Shown: positions 44,953 to 56,204 of the stretch, one piece after another
How the letters are laid out: each line of letters opens with the position of its first letter
How positions within the stretch are numbered: the first letter of the stretch is position 1
DNA from: a virus
Lineage: Duplodnaviria > Heunggongvirae > Uroviricota > Caudoviricetes
Virus record (IMG/VR): IMGVR_UViG_3300037487_000968
Coordinates: 77,280 to 141,279 of that record
Reading direction: 5' to 3' (one strand)
Length of the DNA: 64,000 bases
Notes under the pieces: generated by a model
Databases searched by the model: none
Seen by the model: only the letters and a program-made list of their open reading frames with translations
Told to the model about the DNA's origin: nothing
Translations under genes and position numbers: made by a program

Positions 44953-46374
44953 TTACTGTTGGGCTAGGTAGTTTACCAACACACTTGCATTCGGTACGCC
45001 GAGCCCGGTAACAAGATCGTACCCGGTCTTTGCAGCGTTGCCATTAGATCCAGTCAATACATCGCCGAATGCTGTGGCATAATAGCCGGGGACAGATGCT
45101 ACAGTGTATAGGCCTGCGGTAAAGTTGATAATCGATTTGCTATTTTCAGCTCGGACTGCCCGAGTAATTGCAGCGATCCCTGCCCACTGTGGCGCTCCAA
45201 GACTAGTCCCATATCCACCATACCAACCGCAGCTATTAGCACCTTTGGTCTTTACACACGAAGCATCTGGTACCCACGTACTAGGTGTAATATATACTGA
45301 CATCGCACTAGCACTGTCTCCATTATAAGCTACATCGGGTACCGCTCGAGTTGGGCTACCCGAGATAGATTGCCACGCAGGTGCTGTATAGTAGGCAGAC
45401 AAGCCTCCCCCACTTCCACTCCATCCTACATCAACAAGCCCCTTATTGTTAGTTCCGCCTACTGAAAGTACCTTTGTAGAAACCGCTGGCCAGAGTGGAA
45501 CACTCCTATCGCCTGATGCTGCAACATAAGTGACATTCGAATTAGTGAATCCGATAGTATCATATCCGCCGGCAGTTCCAGCAGCCGCAGGCCCATAAAG
45601 AAGTGTGGTGGTTTGTTTGAAAGATGTGCAAGTGGGTGAAATTCCGCCTCCTCGAATTGTAGGACAACCTGCTGCGAAAGCAGATTCTGGAGCACCCCAA
45701 CTCATTGAAACAACATCAGCGAATGTGCTCGCATATTGCGTGGCATACGACAAGGCACTCACAAAATTATTCGGAGCCTGAACAAGCACAATAGATGCCA
45801 TAGGAGCCATTGCGTGAGCCCATTCAATGTCCATTGTGGACTCTGCCATCCAATTTCCGTCTGCGCTTACCCATGCACTTGTGCCACCATCGTTGCCGAT
45901 TACATATGGTTCACCAGTTGAGGTGACGTTAATAACCTGGAAAGTACAACCGTCACCTGCTAGAGGTTTTGGCGTATTTGGTAAGAACGTCTTGGCTACG
46001 AGATCTTTCGTAAATACAGTTTTCACTACTGTACAAGGAGCCAATCCATGCTGTGCTGAAAACTTGGCAAGATCAGCAGCGGCATTTGGGTTATTGTATG
46101 CGCTAATAATAGCGATAACCTGCCCCGAACCTTGCTGTGCGGGCGTTGTAAGCCCGTCAAACCCGTAACGGGTGCGGATGAAGCTAGGCGACTGTCCTAT
46201 ACCAATTACTCCACCGGACGTTCTCATGGTTGCCGCTTCGGTCATCTTGGCAATTGATGCCATTGGGGACATTTGAATGTCTCCCGATGCTACAGAGGGA
46301 TCGTTACCCCCACCCCCACACGCTGCCAACAAAGCGGCCGACATGATACTTGCTACGATAAGTTTACTTTTCAT
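44953..46374 (-). CDS. Sedolisin (S53) family serine peptidase, lipoprotein
   Basis: Lipobox LAAC; ESTMD (Glu/Asp), AASGD, GTSLGAPQWAG (Ser), VPDVAY, GYDLVTGLG. Confidence 0.85.
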   Translation of the reverse strand: MKSKLIVASIMSAALLAACGGGGNDPSVASGDIQMSPMASIAKMTEAATMRTSGGVIGIGQSPSFIRTRYGFDGLTTPAQQGSGQVIAIISAYNNPNAAADLAKFSAQHGLAPCTVVKTVFTKDLVAKTFLPNTPKPLAGDGCTFQVINVTSTGEPYVIGNDGGTSAWVSADGNWMAESTMDIEWAHAMAPMASIVLVQAPNNFVSALSYATQYASTFADVVSMSWGAPESAFAAGCPTIRGGGISPTCTSFKQTTTLLYGPAAAGTAGGYDTIGFTNSNVTYVAASGDRSVPLWPAVSTKVLSVGGTNNKGLVDVGWSGSGGGLSAYYTAPAWQSISGSPTRAVPDVAYNGDSASAMSVYITPSTWVPDASCVKTKGANSCGWYGGYGTSLGAPQWAGIAAITRAVRAENSKSIINFTAGLYTVASVPGYYATAFGDVLTGSNGNAAKTGYDLVTGLGVPNASVLVNYLAQQ

Positions 46375-46436
46375 AAGAGTCCTTTCTGTTAAAATTACAT
46401 TATAGTGACATCTATACCCTATGTCAATGTTTAATT

Positions 46437-46488
46437 GAAAAGGGCGGGGTGGCGTATCCGTGACGCCTACACCTTAACCCCGCCCTAA
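46437..46488 (-). terminator. Hairpin terminator
   Basis: AGGGCGGGG...CCCCGCCCT then U-run on the minus strand. Confidence 0.55.
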
Positions 46489-46492
46489 ATCT

Positions 46493-47635
46493 TTACACCT
46501 CTGCGAGCACCAGCCCACGCTTCTCTGCTTCAGCACGTTTGGCGAGCAGACGCTTGAACTTGGCTTCCTTCTGCAAGCAAGTGGCTTCCGCCATTTCCAA
46601 CCATCCTACTGGATCTGCTTTGACAAAGTCTGCTACCTTTTTCACGGCTCGCAAACTCACTTCACGCATGTATTCTGCGTTATCCATTACGAATGCCAGC
46701 ACATCGGCTTCTTGCTGCGGCGTGAACAAGTAAGGCAGCAACATACCATCGCGCACAATCTGCTTGATACGCAGCAACTTGTCACGCATGGATCCAATCT
46801 CCAAATCCAAGTAGTGACAGCGTGACATAATAGCAGCCAAGTGAGCTGCAATACGCGAGCCTTTCGCAATAGTCTTTTCAAAGTCGATATTCGACAAGAA
46901 GATAATGCTACCTTCGAAATCAAACGAATCAGGAATGCCTTCCACGCCAAGCACACGGCTTTCCTTGTTCCAGCAGATACGCCGTTTGTCGCCACTGTTC
47001 AACGCAGCCTTGAGCAAGTTCAGACATTCTTCTTCGAACAGAACACCGTCGCAGTCATCGAACACCAACACATTGTCGGAAGCACGATTAAAGTAAAGTT
47101 TCTGATACAGCCCAATGCTTGATACGCCGCCACTAATGACTTCGTATTTGGGATCTTGCTGAGCAATCTTGCGAAACATATTCGCAGTTTCGAGTTGCTT
47201 CTCAACTCCAAACGACTTGCCAATACCAGGCGGGCCCGATACAACCAGTCCGCGAATAACGCTGCGAGCGCAAGCATCCACAATCTTATCCAGCATATTG
47301 AACGTTTCGGAGATACGCTCCATTGCTTCGTCGTCTGTTTCAGCATTGACAAACACCTGCTCGTAGTTGGTGCCTGTTTCGATCTTGCTGCCGCTTTCGC
47401 CCATATCCACTGTAACGTGTTCGCCTAAAACTTCACCAGCAGCATCCAGCATCGTGAAGTCTGTCTTTTCAACAGTTACACGCTGAGCAGGCGGATGGCC
47501 TGCTTTGGGATTGGAGTTTTTGATGGTGATGAAGCCACCCTTGGCTCCGTCTTGATAAGGTTTGATAAGTGGAAAGATGCCAGAAACAACTTCACCACGA
47601 TAATACCCTTTAACGATTGATACTTGAATGGACAT
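46493..47635 (-). CDS. AAA+/P-loop ATPase of large phages
   Basis: Walker A GPPGIGKS, Walker B VLVFDDCD, IIFLSN, SRC. Confidence 0.85.
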   Translation of the reverse strand: MSIQVSIVKGYYRGEVVSGIFPLIKPYQDGAKGGFITIKNSNPKAGHPPAQRVTVEKTDFTMLDAAGEVLGEHVTVDMGESGSKIETGTNYEQVFVNAETDDEAMERISETFNMLDKIVDACARSVIRGLVVSGPPGIGKSFGVEKQLETANMFRKIAQQDPKYEVISGGVSSIGLYQKLYFNRASDNVLVFDDCDGVLFEEECLNLLKAALNSGDKRRICWNKESRVLGVEGIPDSFDFEGSIIFLSNIDFEKTIAKGSRIAAHLAAIMSRCHYLDLEIGSMRDKLLRIKQIVRDGMLLPYLFTPQQEADVLAFVMDNAEYMREVSLRAVKKVADFVKADPVGWLEMAEATCLQKEAKFKRLLAKRAEAEKRGLVLAEV

Positions 47636-47681
47636 TCAAACCCTTTCTGTGTTGTGTAAGTGTATATTATACGGCATTTGG

Positions 47682-50063
47682 TCAGTTTGGTCTACCGTTT
47701 TGTTCAACATATTCTTTGGCGTATCGAAGATGGCTGAACTCGGCAAATTTGAAATCTTCACCAACTCGCGTCCATGAATACCATTTGTCGGGAATCATTT
47801 CTCGTTTACCTGCCCAGATCTTTCTTCGGTACTCTCTGCGAATTTCTCCGCAGAGTTTTCCGTTTCGGAGAACATATAGTCCTGCCGCAGATTTCTGGTA
47901 TGAAATCATTTTCCTAGACAGTTTCTACTTCTTTAGAAGCATAGAAGGCAGCGATTTTCGTCTTCAAGTCTTCCACCAGCGTGAGTGCGTGGTTGTGTTG
48001 CTCTTCGACTTTCTTGCCCGTGCATTTGGTAGGTGCTGAATACACCATACGCTCAGAGAAGTCCTGATACATCACATAGCTGAAGAACGCACCCTCATCC
48101 TTACCGACGATTGCCGATGTGATTAGCTGGCCACTGCTCACCTTGTGGGTACTGATTTCGAGACTTCGACCGTTTGGCAGATTGAACTTGCTCTCTGCCT
48201 TCCAGTTGCCACGAATGTCTTTGCGGATAAGAGTCATGACGGGATCTCCATTTTGGTAAGTTCGTGAAAGCATTCATCCCCTTCAAGTGTAATCTCGTCA
48301 AAAGGGATTTCGTATTCTTCATACGAATCTTCATCGTGGCAATGAAGCATGCCTTCATCCATATCACAAAAGTCCATACGCAGCCACTTGCCGGATGGGT
48401 CTACATAGAAGCACGCCTTTTCAGCCATGTCAGCGATTTGATCGACAGTTGGTTTAGCCATTTCATTCCTTTGTTTGTTGCGATGTGTTTATTATACGGC
48501 CAAACAGGAGCCTTGTCAATATTAACTTGGAAAGAAGGTTGCAGGACCTATTCCGTATTTTTTACGAAATTCGAACCTATCGTAAGGCCCTTTCAGGCGT
48601 TGAATCATATATGCAGACTTCAGTTCGTCGTTTAGAAACAGTGCTGTGGCTCTGCTACATTGTGGTGAATTCTTCTCGTTCGGTATGTATTGGTGTCCGG
48701 AAGCGTATGGATAATTCGCATGCCATACTTCAACGCCATCAACCTTGGATGCACAGTAACCAACCACTATCTCAGTACCTTGCTCAAGTGAGCCCCAAAG
48801 CCATTTATCCCACTCTTCATCATACGGATACATCCGCGTCCAACAGAGTGGATTGAATATAGCCTTCAGCGTATATTTCAGCTTGAGTAGCTTCACGATC
48901 TAAATCACCAAATACGGATGACCAGGGTCCAATACATCGTTGGCGGCACCGTCAGCAAAACAACACGGATAGTCGTTAACCAGCGGGTAGTATTCGTCTA
49001 CCCCCGACACATACACTGTCACATTCTCTTCCAGTTGTTCTGGAGTCAAATCCTTCAGCATCTCAATCAATTCACGATAGGTAAGTGACATATCAGCCCT
49101 TAGTTGTTTGCGATGTGTGTATTATAGCAAGGAATCACTTCCTTGTCAATACTAATCTCCAGAATCAATCTGGTAAGTATCGCCGCAGTGGTCGCAAACA
49201 TATTCGTGGAGGCAGTTGCGAATAGTTTGTCCTTTGTAGGAATGGGTACAGCCCACGCCATTGCGGTTGATACCTACATATCCTTTTGGTTCGCCAAACA
49301 TATATTGGCCACCACAGTTGTTACAGCTAAGAGTATCATCTGACGCACGATATCCGGCGATAACATTGGCATATCGTCGCATATCATCGGGGATAGGCCT
49401 ACGCCCTGTTCCATTACAGATAGGACACAAACATTTACCTTCGGGTATCACCAGTTTTGTTTCCATTTCAACTCCTTGCGGCTTTAAGAATACGAGCAAC
49501 TGAATTGTCAGCAATGTCGGACCAATCCTTAGGCATAATAATACGCTCAGGCAGTTTAACACCGGGCGGGAAGTTCCAAACATTGGAGAAGTGATCCTCC
49601 ACCAGATCTGATACTTCGGACATCATCGAATACAGTGCGTCGGCAATATAGCTGCGACCATCCTTCCACGCACGATAGGAATCGCACGAGCGATAGTTGC
49701 AGCGAACAGGCATCCTATCCAGTGCTCGGGACAATTCGCCGTCTGTATCAAACGGATGGAATGTATCTGTTTCGAACAATTGGATTTTGAAATATTCTGT
49801 ATATCCTTCACTTACCTTTTTGGTATCGAGTGTTGAATATAGTTTCATATTGGCAAGAATAATCTTGCGAAACTCCGCCACTACAGCAGGCCAATTGTAT
49901 TTCATTTTGAATGCTCTCGTGCGTTATCAATTACATCTTGAACAAGTTGATCGAATTGCTCTTCTGTGAATTCGCTATCAACTTCAACAGCATCATCAAA
50001 CTCTCGCAGTGCCTTGATAAATTCGCGTGCCGCTTTGTTTAGTTTCTCTACATGCTCTTCCAT
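47682..50063 (-). other. Hypothetical CDSs: 47682-47909, 47914-48237, 48234-48461, 48522-48896, 48900-49091, 49152-49466 (CxxCxGxG zinc-binding), 49468-49905, 49902-50063
   Basis: ORFs with corrected starts. Confidence 0.65.
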
Positions 50064-50075
50064 CGTAATCCTTGG

Positions 50076-50171
50076 TGGTGGAGTAGATAAGATAAGACTA
50101 CCTGCCATGGAGCACACCGGTACGTCAGTGTGCTTAGGACTCGAACCTTTTAGCCTTATCTTATCTACTCC
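50076..50171 (-). ncRNA. 96-nt circularly permuted tRNA mimic (YrlA-like topology) on a 21-bp terminal stem ending in ACCA
   Basis: GGAGUAGAUAAGAUAAGGCUA / UAGUCUUAUCUUAUCUACUCC-ACCA; interior AGG-UUCGAGU-CCU, closed 9-bp stem, CC-AUGGCA-GG; sits directly behind a cassette promoter. Confidence 0.7.
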
Positions 50172-50219
50172 TTGTTGCGATGTGACTATTATAACAAGGT
50201 TCTTAGGCCTTGTAAACAA

Positions 50220-50849
50220 TTAAACGAAAAGAAAGTTTTTAGATAGAAACTTGAGCACTTTGTTGTAGCCGTGCTCTTTAATTAGTTCCCCGATCAACTT
50301 GTCAGCTTCAGGAGCTTCGGCGCACGTGGTCAATCGGTCTGCATCGATGCACATTTCAATGGCACATTCGTTGTCGTCGACCATGCAATCTGAACCAATA
50401 TAGTTCCACACAAGCCACATCGGGTGCCTTAACTGATCTACTACTGCTTTGTCTAACTGCATATCTACTCCTTGTTGCGATGTGACTATTATAGCAACAA
50501 GGAGCGAGTCTGTCAACTACTTTGTTTCATATTCCTTGATAAGCATTTTCAGCCACTTGTGGCGATGCGCTTGCATCCGGTCAAAGGTAAGATCTGTCGA
50601 AGGGATACCTTTCTTCAGAAGCCACGACTCCAATGTTTCACAACCTTCCAGTCGCTTGTGGATTGCAGTCCTGGCCCGCATCGCCGCATCTGTGTACATG
50701 AATCTTCCTTTACCTGGATTGCCGTCCTCAATAGCATGGCAGATGAATTCATTCATAAACCAGCGACTGGTATAATCTTTGCCACTACCTTTTGCCAGCC
50801 GTTCAACAGCCTTACGCATCGCCTTGGCAATTTTCAAACGTGAAGTCAT
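50220..50849 (-). other. Hypothetical cassette CDSs 50220-50462 and 50517-50849
   Basis: Starts corrected; 50517 resembles 39333 (ends HKWLKMLIKEY vs KAWMRSLIEEF). Confidence 0.68.
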
Positions 50850-51210
50850 ATCAGTCCTTTGTTGTGATGTGTCTATTGTATTACAACGGACGGAGTCTGT
50901 CAATGGTTAGTTGGAGCAGTGGTCGACATATTATATATGTTGAGATTGGGCTATAGCAACCTCGCAACATAAGAGCAAGGACGGAGAACCTGTCTGCGAG
51001 ACTTTTCACCAGACCTAATGCTCAGGCCAAAGTGTTGCTCACAAACCACACCGGTATTTTTGAAACTCGAACCCAGGTGAAACCCGAAATTCAGAATGAA
51101 AACCTAACGAAATTCTATTGAAACTCTTAAGAAATCCTAAAGAAACTCTTATCCAAACTTTTAGATAGATTTTCGAAGATGATAGCAGGTTTTATCCGCT
51201 TTTAGAAGAT

Positions 51211-51837
51211 TTATTTTTCGAAAGTTACAGAAAAATCTGAGCAATCTCTATACATCTGTGGAATGAGATTACCTTCTGCCGCAATCATAAGTTCCAAACT
51301 ATGTAATTCACAATCATAATCAGCTGTCTTGAGCGCATCAAGTACAACCTCCACACAGCTAACTCTGGTAGAATCAGCTAGATCGAATAAATCATCATAA
51401 GGCTTTCCTACCTGTTTTACTAAGGCATCGATAATTGCTGTCCATTCACTATTTTGTATATTAGTTGGTGTTAGCAAACATACATTATCACAAGAAAATA
51501 CTTCATCAAAGGTTGTATAGACAACACCCTTCACATCTGCCTCTACAAACTTAAATCCACCGCGGTTCAATGGATCTTCGATATTATCGCAGTTCATTAG
51601 TGCGTGGCTGTATTTTGCCCACTTACCTGTCTTTAGCCATGATAATAAACTTACCATCACACTGCTCAGATGCGATTTATTACCAGTTAGAATAATATAA
51701 TACCCTGCCGCTAATTTTTCAGCAATGTGGGCTTTATCTTCATCGGTAATGGCGTGTTTTTTACTCCAACTAATCTTTGGAGGAATTTGGGCTAACTTAT
51801 GATAGACGCGATATAGGAGTGTGGAATATTTAGACAT
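51211..51837 (-). CDS. Permuted papain-like amidase (YiiX/YebB-like)
   Basis: YSHALM (His) before GKPYD...SCVEVV (Cys). Confidence 0.7.
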   Translation of the reverse strand: MSKYSTLLYRVYHKLAQIPPKISWSKKHAITDEDKAHIAEKLAAGYYIILTGNKSHLSSVMVSLLSWLKTGKWAKYSHALMNCDNIEDPLNRGGFKFVEADVKGVVYTTFDEVFSCDNVCLLTPTNIQNSEWTAIIDALVKQVGKPYDDLFDLADSTRVSCVEVVLDALKTADYDCELHSLELMIAAEGNLIPQMYRDCSDFSVTFEK

Positions 51838-51884
51838 AGTCCAATATTTATCATACTGGAATGAAATATACAATACACACTTCA

Positions 51885-52162
51885 CACTTCATTTTATTCA
51901 TTAATCGAAATATCTATTCTATTAGGTATCTTATTAAATAACCTATATTTAATAAGATAGAAATATATTTAATTCATACATGCGTGAGCACATACGATCA
52001 CAGGTGTTTAGGCCCGGATTTCGCACTTCATTTTATTCATTAATCGAAATATCTATTCTATTAGGTATCTTATTAAATATGGGTTATTTAATAAGATAGA
52101 AATATATTTAATTCATACATGCGTGAGCACATACGATCACAGGTGTTTAGGCCCGGATTTCG
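51885..52162. repeat. 139-bp tandem duplication, each copy with a 13-7-13 palindrome whose spacer is inverted between copies
   Basis: TATCTTATTAAAT-AACCTAT-ATTTAATAAGATA (51927-59) vs TATCTTATTAAAT-ATGGGTT-ATTTAATAAGATA (52066-98). Confidence 0.9.
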
Positions 52163-52246
52163 CACAAGATTTTGCCGCAGGATTTGGATTTGAATTTCCA
52201 AATCTGATTTGGAAATCTGAGATGGAATTTTGAAAAGGCTTTTTGA

Positions 52247-52558
52247 CTACGCTTCTTGGTCGTATTCGGCAAGTCGTCGTTTCAAATCCTTGGTAAATTG
52301 TCTCTTAAACATTTCACTTAAGACGATTTTTGTAGTCGCTGAAAGATAGCATTGTGAAGATATTTTTGTATGGGCTGCATTAAACGCAATAATAGAGAAA
52401 TCATTCAGTGGATCTTTAACATCAACCTGATATACAGAATCAGTATCCTTAATACATTCTGCTGCCCATTCTTCGAGTAAGTCGCGTGGCAACTTATCTA
52501 ATTCTTCTTTATCATAGATATCGATATTAGGAAATCTCAGAGTATCAAAGATTGTCAT
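52247..52558 (-). CDS. Dispersed member of the 'MSLFD' family
   Basis: MTIFDTLRFP...EELDKLP..LLEEW. Confidence 0.6.
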   Translation of the reverse strand: MTIFDTLRFPNIDIYDKEELDKLPRDLLEEWAAECIKDTDSVYQVDVKDPLNDFSIIAFNAAHTKISSQCYLSATTKIVLSEMFKRQFTKDLKRRLAEYDQEA

Positions 52559-52733
52559 TTACCTAATGCTTCTTGGCGTTCTTCTTCAATCTCTTTTAAT
52601 GCTTGCTTCAATGTCTTGCCAGTGGTGCCCACGAACTGTTCACCACTCTTCCAGTGAGCATACATCCGCACACCTTCTGCGATACCATTGTAATATTCGT
52701 GGATTCTTCCTGCATCATCTTTCATAGCAATCC

Positions 52734-55410
52734 TTATATAGATCTTGATTGAACATCATTCCACGCCGGGTCTAATAAAGGCTTAAATATAAGGTATTCT
52801 GTATCATGTAAATCGATGAGGGCATCTATTGCTAATACAGCATCAAAAGGAAATCCTTGCCGATTAGGTCGGTCTGACATAGTTAGACTTCCTAAGAAGT
52901 CTCGGCATTCTTTACACCCCCAATACAGATTTAGTTTTTTCTGTATATGGGGGAACCTGCCTAAGCGATCGATTAAAACTGTAGCGTTTTCCATTACTTT
53001 ATTTATCGAGCTCGATTATCCATACATGAGTTTGTGTGCTTTCTGTCGAAGCTGTTCAATCTCATGTGCTGCCTCTTCCAATAGGTCTGCTATGCGATCC
53101 GGTTTGTTTTCCTGAACACTCTTCCTACCTGGAATCTGCCGGCGGATGCGGGCACGTTCCCTCAGACGATAAACAAGGTCTTGTTCGTTCATACATACAC
53201 TCCGGATTCATATCCATTATTACCCTTGATAACATCTTCGAGTGTATAGGTAGTACCAAATAATTCAACTTCTTCTGGCCAGTTATCGATCTCGGATTTG
53301 CCTCCGTATGCTTGCAGTCGTCCGTTGGCCAATCGCTGTCCGGCAAGATCAAATCCTGCGATAAATGGTTTTAGCTGTTCGTTCATTCTTCAACTCCTAG
53401 TAGCTTATCAGCTACGGCGTCATCGTCCACTCTATTTGCGATGCTCCTTGCTTCTTGCTCAGTATTGGCCACCACTTCCATAATGTAATCATCGCCCCAG
53501 GCATCTGTCATTTCAAATGTGAATGTCTTCATTATTTTTCTTTAGTTCGTGGCGAATTCATAATTGTTACAAAGAATTTATTATAGGCAACTTCGAACCC
53601 ACGCAAATAATCTTCGGCTTCTACCTCTTCACCAAGTTGGTCGTAAGGATTATCATATATACATCCTATCAGACCATCCGCATACCCTTGTCCATATGGG
53701 GTTTTCATTCCTGCATTACCAGTTGCCATTATGCAGTTACCTCATTCAGTCGTTCCCGCGCCGCACCGGCAAAGGCTGAAATGTTACCGCATTTATCTTC
53801 CCAACGCAAGAGATTGCGGCAAGTGTATCCAATATCTTTACGATCCCAACATACAGCTTCCTGATTCAATTCCCCGTTAAGGAATACCCGGCAATGAAAC
53901 TGGCCGTTGATAGTGCGAACCGTAACTTCGTGCTCGCACAAACCTTGCAGCACCTTCTGCATTAGGATGAGTTCTGTGTATCGTTGTTTCATGATTCGAA
54001 TCTTTCATAGCGACTGAGATTAGCATCAGCACCGACTCGCAACACTTCCAATCTCTCGAGTGCTTCGAGGATGTATTGATCGAAATGTTTCGTGTGGTAT
54101 AGTTTCTGTAGTTCTGCACCCGCGGTATTTACATCGGCCAGCAGTTTACGAACAATACGATGTTCTTCCCGTGCATCAGATGCATTACTCATGGTTCAAG
54201 GCTCCTATTATCGATGATAGAATATGCTGCACCACGCTCTGCTCCAGCACGATGTTGTTTAGACCAAGTATAGTCTTCACCATCGGGTGTCTTACCATCT
54301 TTAACTTCATCCACACCGTTTTGACCGACTTGATCTACATTTTCACAAACCATTGTTATGAACTTAAATCCTTGTTCCCTTAGCGAAGCGGCACCGCGTA
54401 ACGCATAATCAAGTTTGTGAAAGTCGATGAATTTGGCCTCGCCATCTGCATCAGTCCAATAAACCTTATAAATTGTTTCTTTCATATTATGCGCTTATAA
54501 ATCCTATATCTCTTAATAGGCTCTGATTAACCTTCGGCCAACCAACAACTTGATAGAATATATTTAGTGCTGTGGCTTCGTCTTCAAAATCTCGTTCCAT
54601 ACCAAAATCGTCATTACCCCAAACACATACACGCCAATCACCATTATTGGGCGGATTTGGGCCTGTCTGCGTAAATGATACACATACCAGTTTAGATACG
54701 CGGGCATCGCCTTCTACTCGGTAGTTGCCATACCAGTCGTCATCTGTTTCTTTATATACATTGATTCTCATGATATCTTCATCATTTCGTTATTCTGGAT
54801 ATGTAACTCTTCACGAGTCATTTTAGCCAGTGTTGTTAATTCTGGAAATACAAACGTCTTAAAAACGGCAATGCTTACTACTGAGTCACTTGCGTCTAAT
54901 GTACGCAGCAATATGCCTAAATTCGGCATATTTGCCTTCACAAATATGTCTTGTAGTATCGTATCTCCCGACCAAGATTCTCCTATTAGTAATCGAACAG
55001 AAAGTTTATAATCATACACCAATTGATTCTTCAACTTTCTCACCCTTAAGAACCAATACGGTTTCTTCCTCTTCGGCAAATATTAGCCTTTTCGATTCTA
55101 ACACTGCCCTGCGGTCTGCTGCAGACATCTTTAGCCAAGCTTCAACCACCTCATATGACCCCCAGCATACATTGCGTGGCAGTTCATTAAGAATCCATAC
55201 AGCCATATATTTTAAGGCCTGCATAGTATTTGATGGGTGTGAATGTGTTATGGCACCCAGACAGTCATTAGCCAACACAGAAGTAAAGAAGCCGCCGGGA
55301 CTATAACCATGAACAAGATAGTTATAGATAGTATCGGCGTATTCTTTAGGTACGTGATAACTATCGAAACTCTTATAAAATCTATTTTTGCTGTATGCAG
55401 TTAATTTCAT
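52734..55410 (-). other. Hypothetical CDSs: 52734-52994, 53016-53192, 53189-53386, 53532-53729, 53729-53992, 53989-54192, 54189-54485, 54487-54771, 54768-55079 (start uncertain), 55012-55410
   Basis: ATGA/TAATG-coupled train of small ORFs. Confidence 0.65.
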
Positions 55411-55448
55411 AATGTATTATACACTAATACGCAAACAAAATCAATAGA

Positions 55449-56204
55449 TTATTTAGTTGTAAAATTACAACAACCTTCGTTGGGATGGCATATGAACACA
55501 TCTATTCCATTCTTCTTGGCGTTATACATTGCACAATCAGCCTTGGTCATTAATGTCTTTACATCATTACCGGATTCTGGATAATCAACCTTGCCAATAC
55601 TAAGGCCAATGCTCAATGATTGCCCATTGATATCAATTGGTTCCTTTATCTTTTCTATCATTTGCTGGATTACTGTTTCATGTGAAAATACATTAGCATA
55701 AGGTAGGAGAATAACAAATTCATCGCCACCTAATCGAATTACCATATCATTGGCACCTACTGATTCTACAATTCGTTTTCCCACAACTCTTAATACTTCA
55801 TCGCCAGCATCGTGCCCATATGTATCGTTTACTTCTTTGAATTTGCATAAGTCAATTAATAGTAATTGGAATTTTGTTTTCTTTTTAATCAGTTTATTAA
55901 TTCTATCAGCGAATGCTGCTCGATTATATAATCCGGTTAAGGGATCAAAAGTTGCCTTATGTGTTATCTTACCAACTACTGCGAAATGATAAAGTATTGG
56001 AACAACTACAATTGTGGCAATAAAAAAATCAATAACACAATATAGATAAAATGGTAATAGTAATGTGTGAGAATATGCGTGTAATAGATACAGAAGTGAT
56101 ACCGCTCCATACATAGCAAAACTTATAACGAAGAAAGTCAGTAACGTGACATTCTTAAATAAAGGGGATCTAATGGAGATATAATTCATATTCGTATTTA
56201 TCAC
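55449..56204 (-). CDS. Membrane-anchored diguanylate cyclase (GGDEF)
   Basis: Two TM helices, DPLTGLYNR, D...FK.VND.YGH..GD, RLGGDEF, AD.AMY.AK. Confidence 0.9.
   Translation of the reverse strand: MINTNMNYISIRSPLFKNVTLLTFFVISFAMYGAVSLLYLLHAYSHTLLLPFYLYCVIDFFIATIVVVPILYHFAVVGKITHKATFDPLTGLYNRAAFADRINKLIKKKTKFQLLLIDLCKFKEVNDTYGHDAGDEVLRVVGKRIVESVGANDMVIRLGGDEFVILLPYANVFSHETVIQQMIEKIKEPIDINGQSLSIGLSIGKVDYPESGNDVKTLMTKADCAMYNAKKNGIDVFICHPNEGCCNFTTK

Noticed and set aside
51927-51959. Xer dif site
   Set aside because: Arm orientation and the 13-7-13 geometry do not match dif (11-6-11, with TTAT next to the core).
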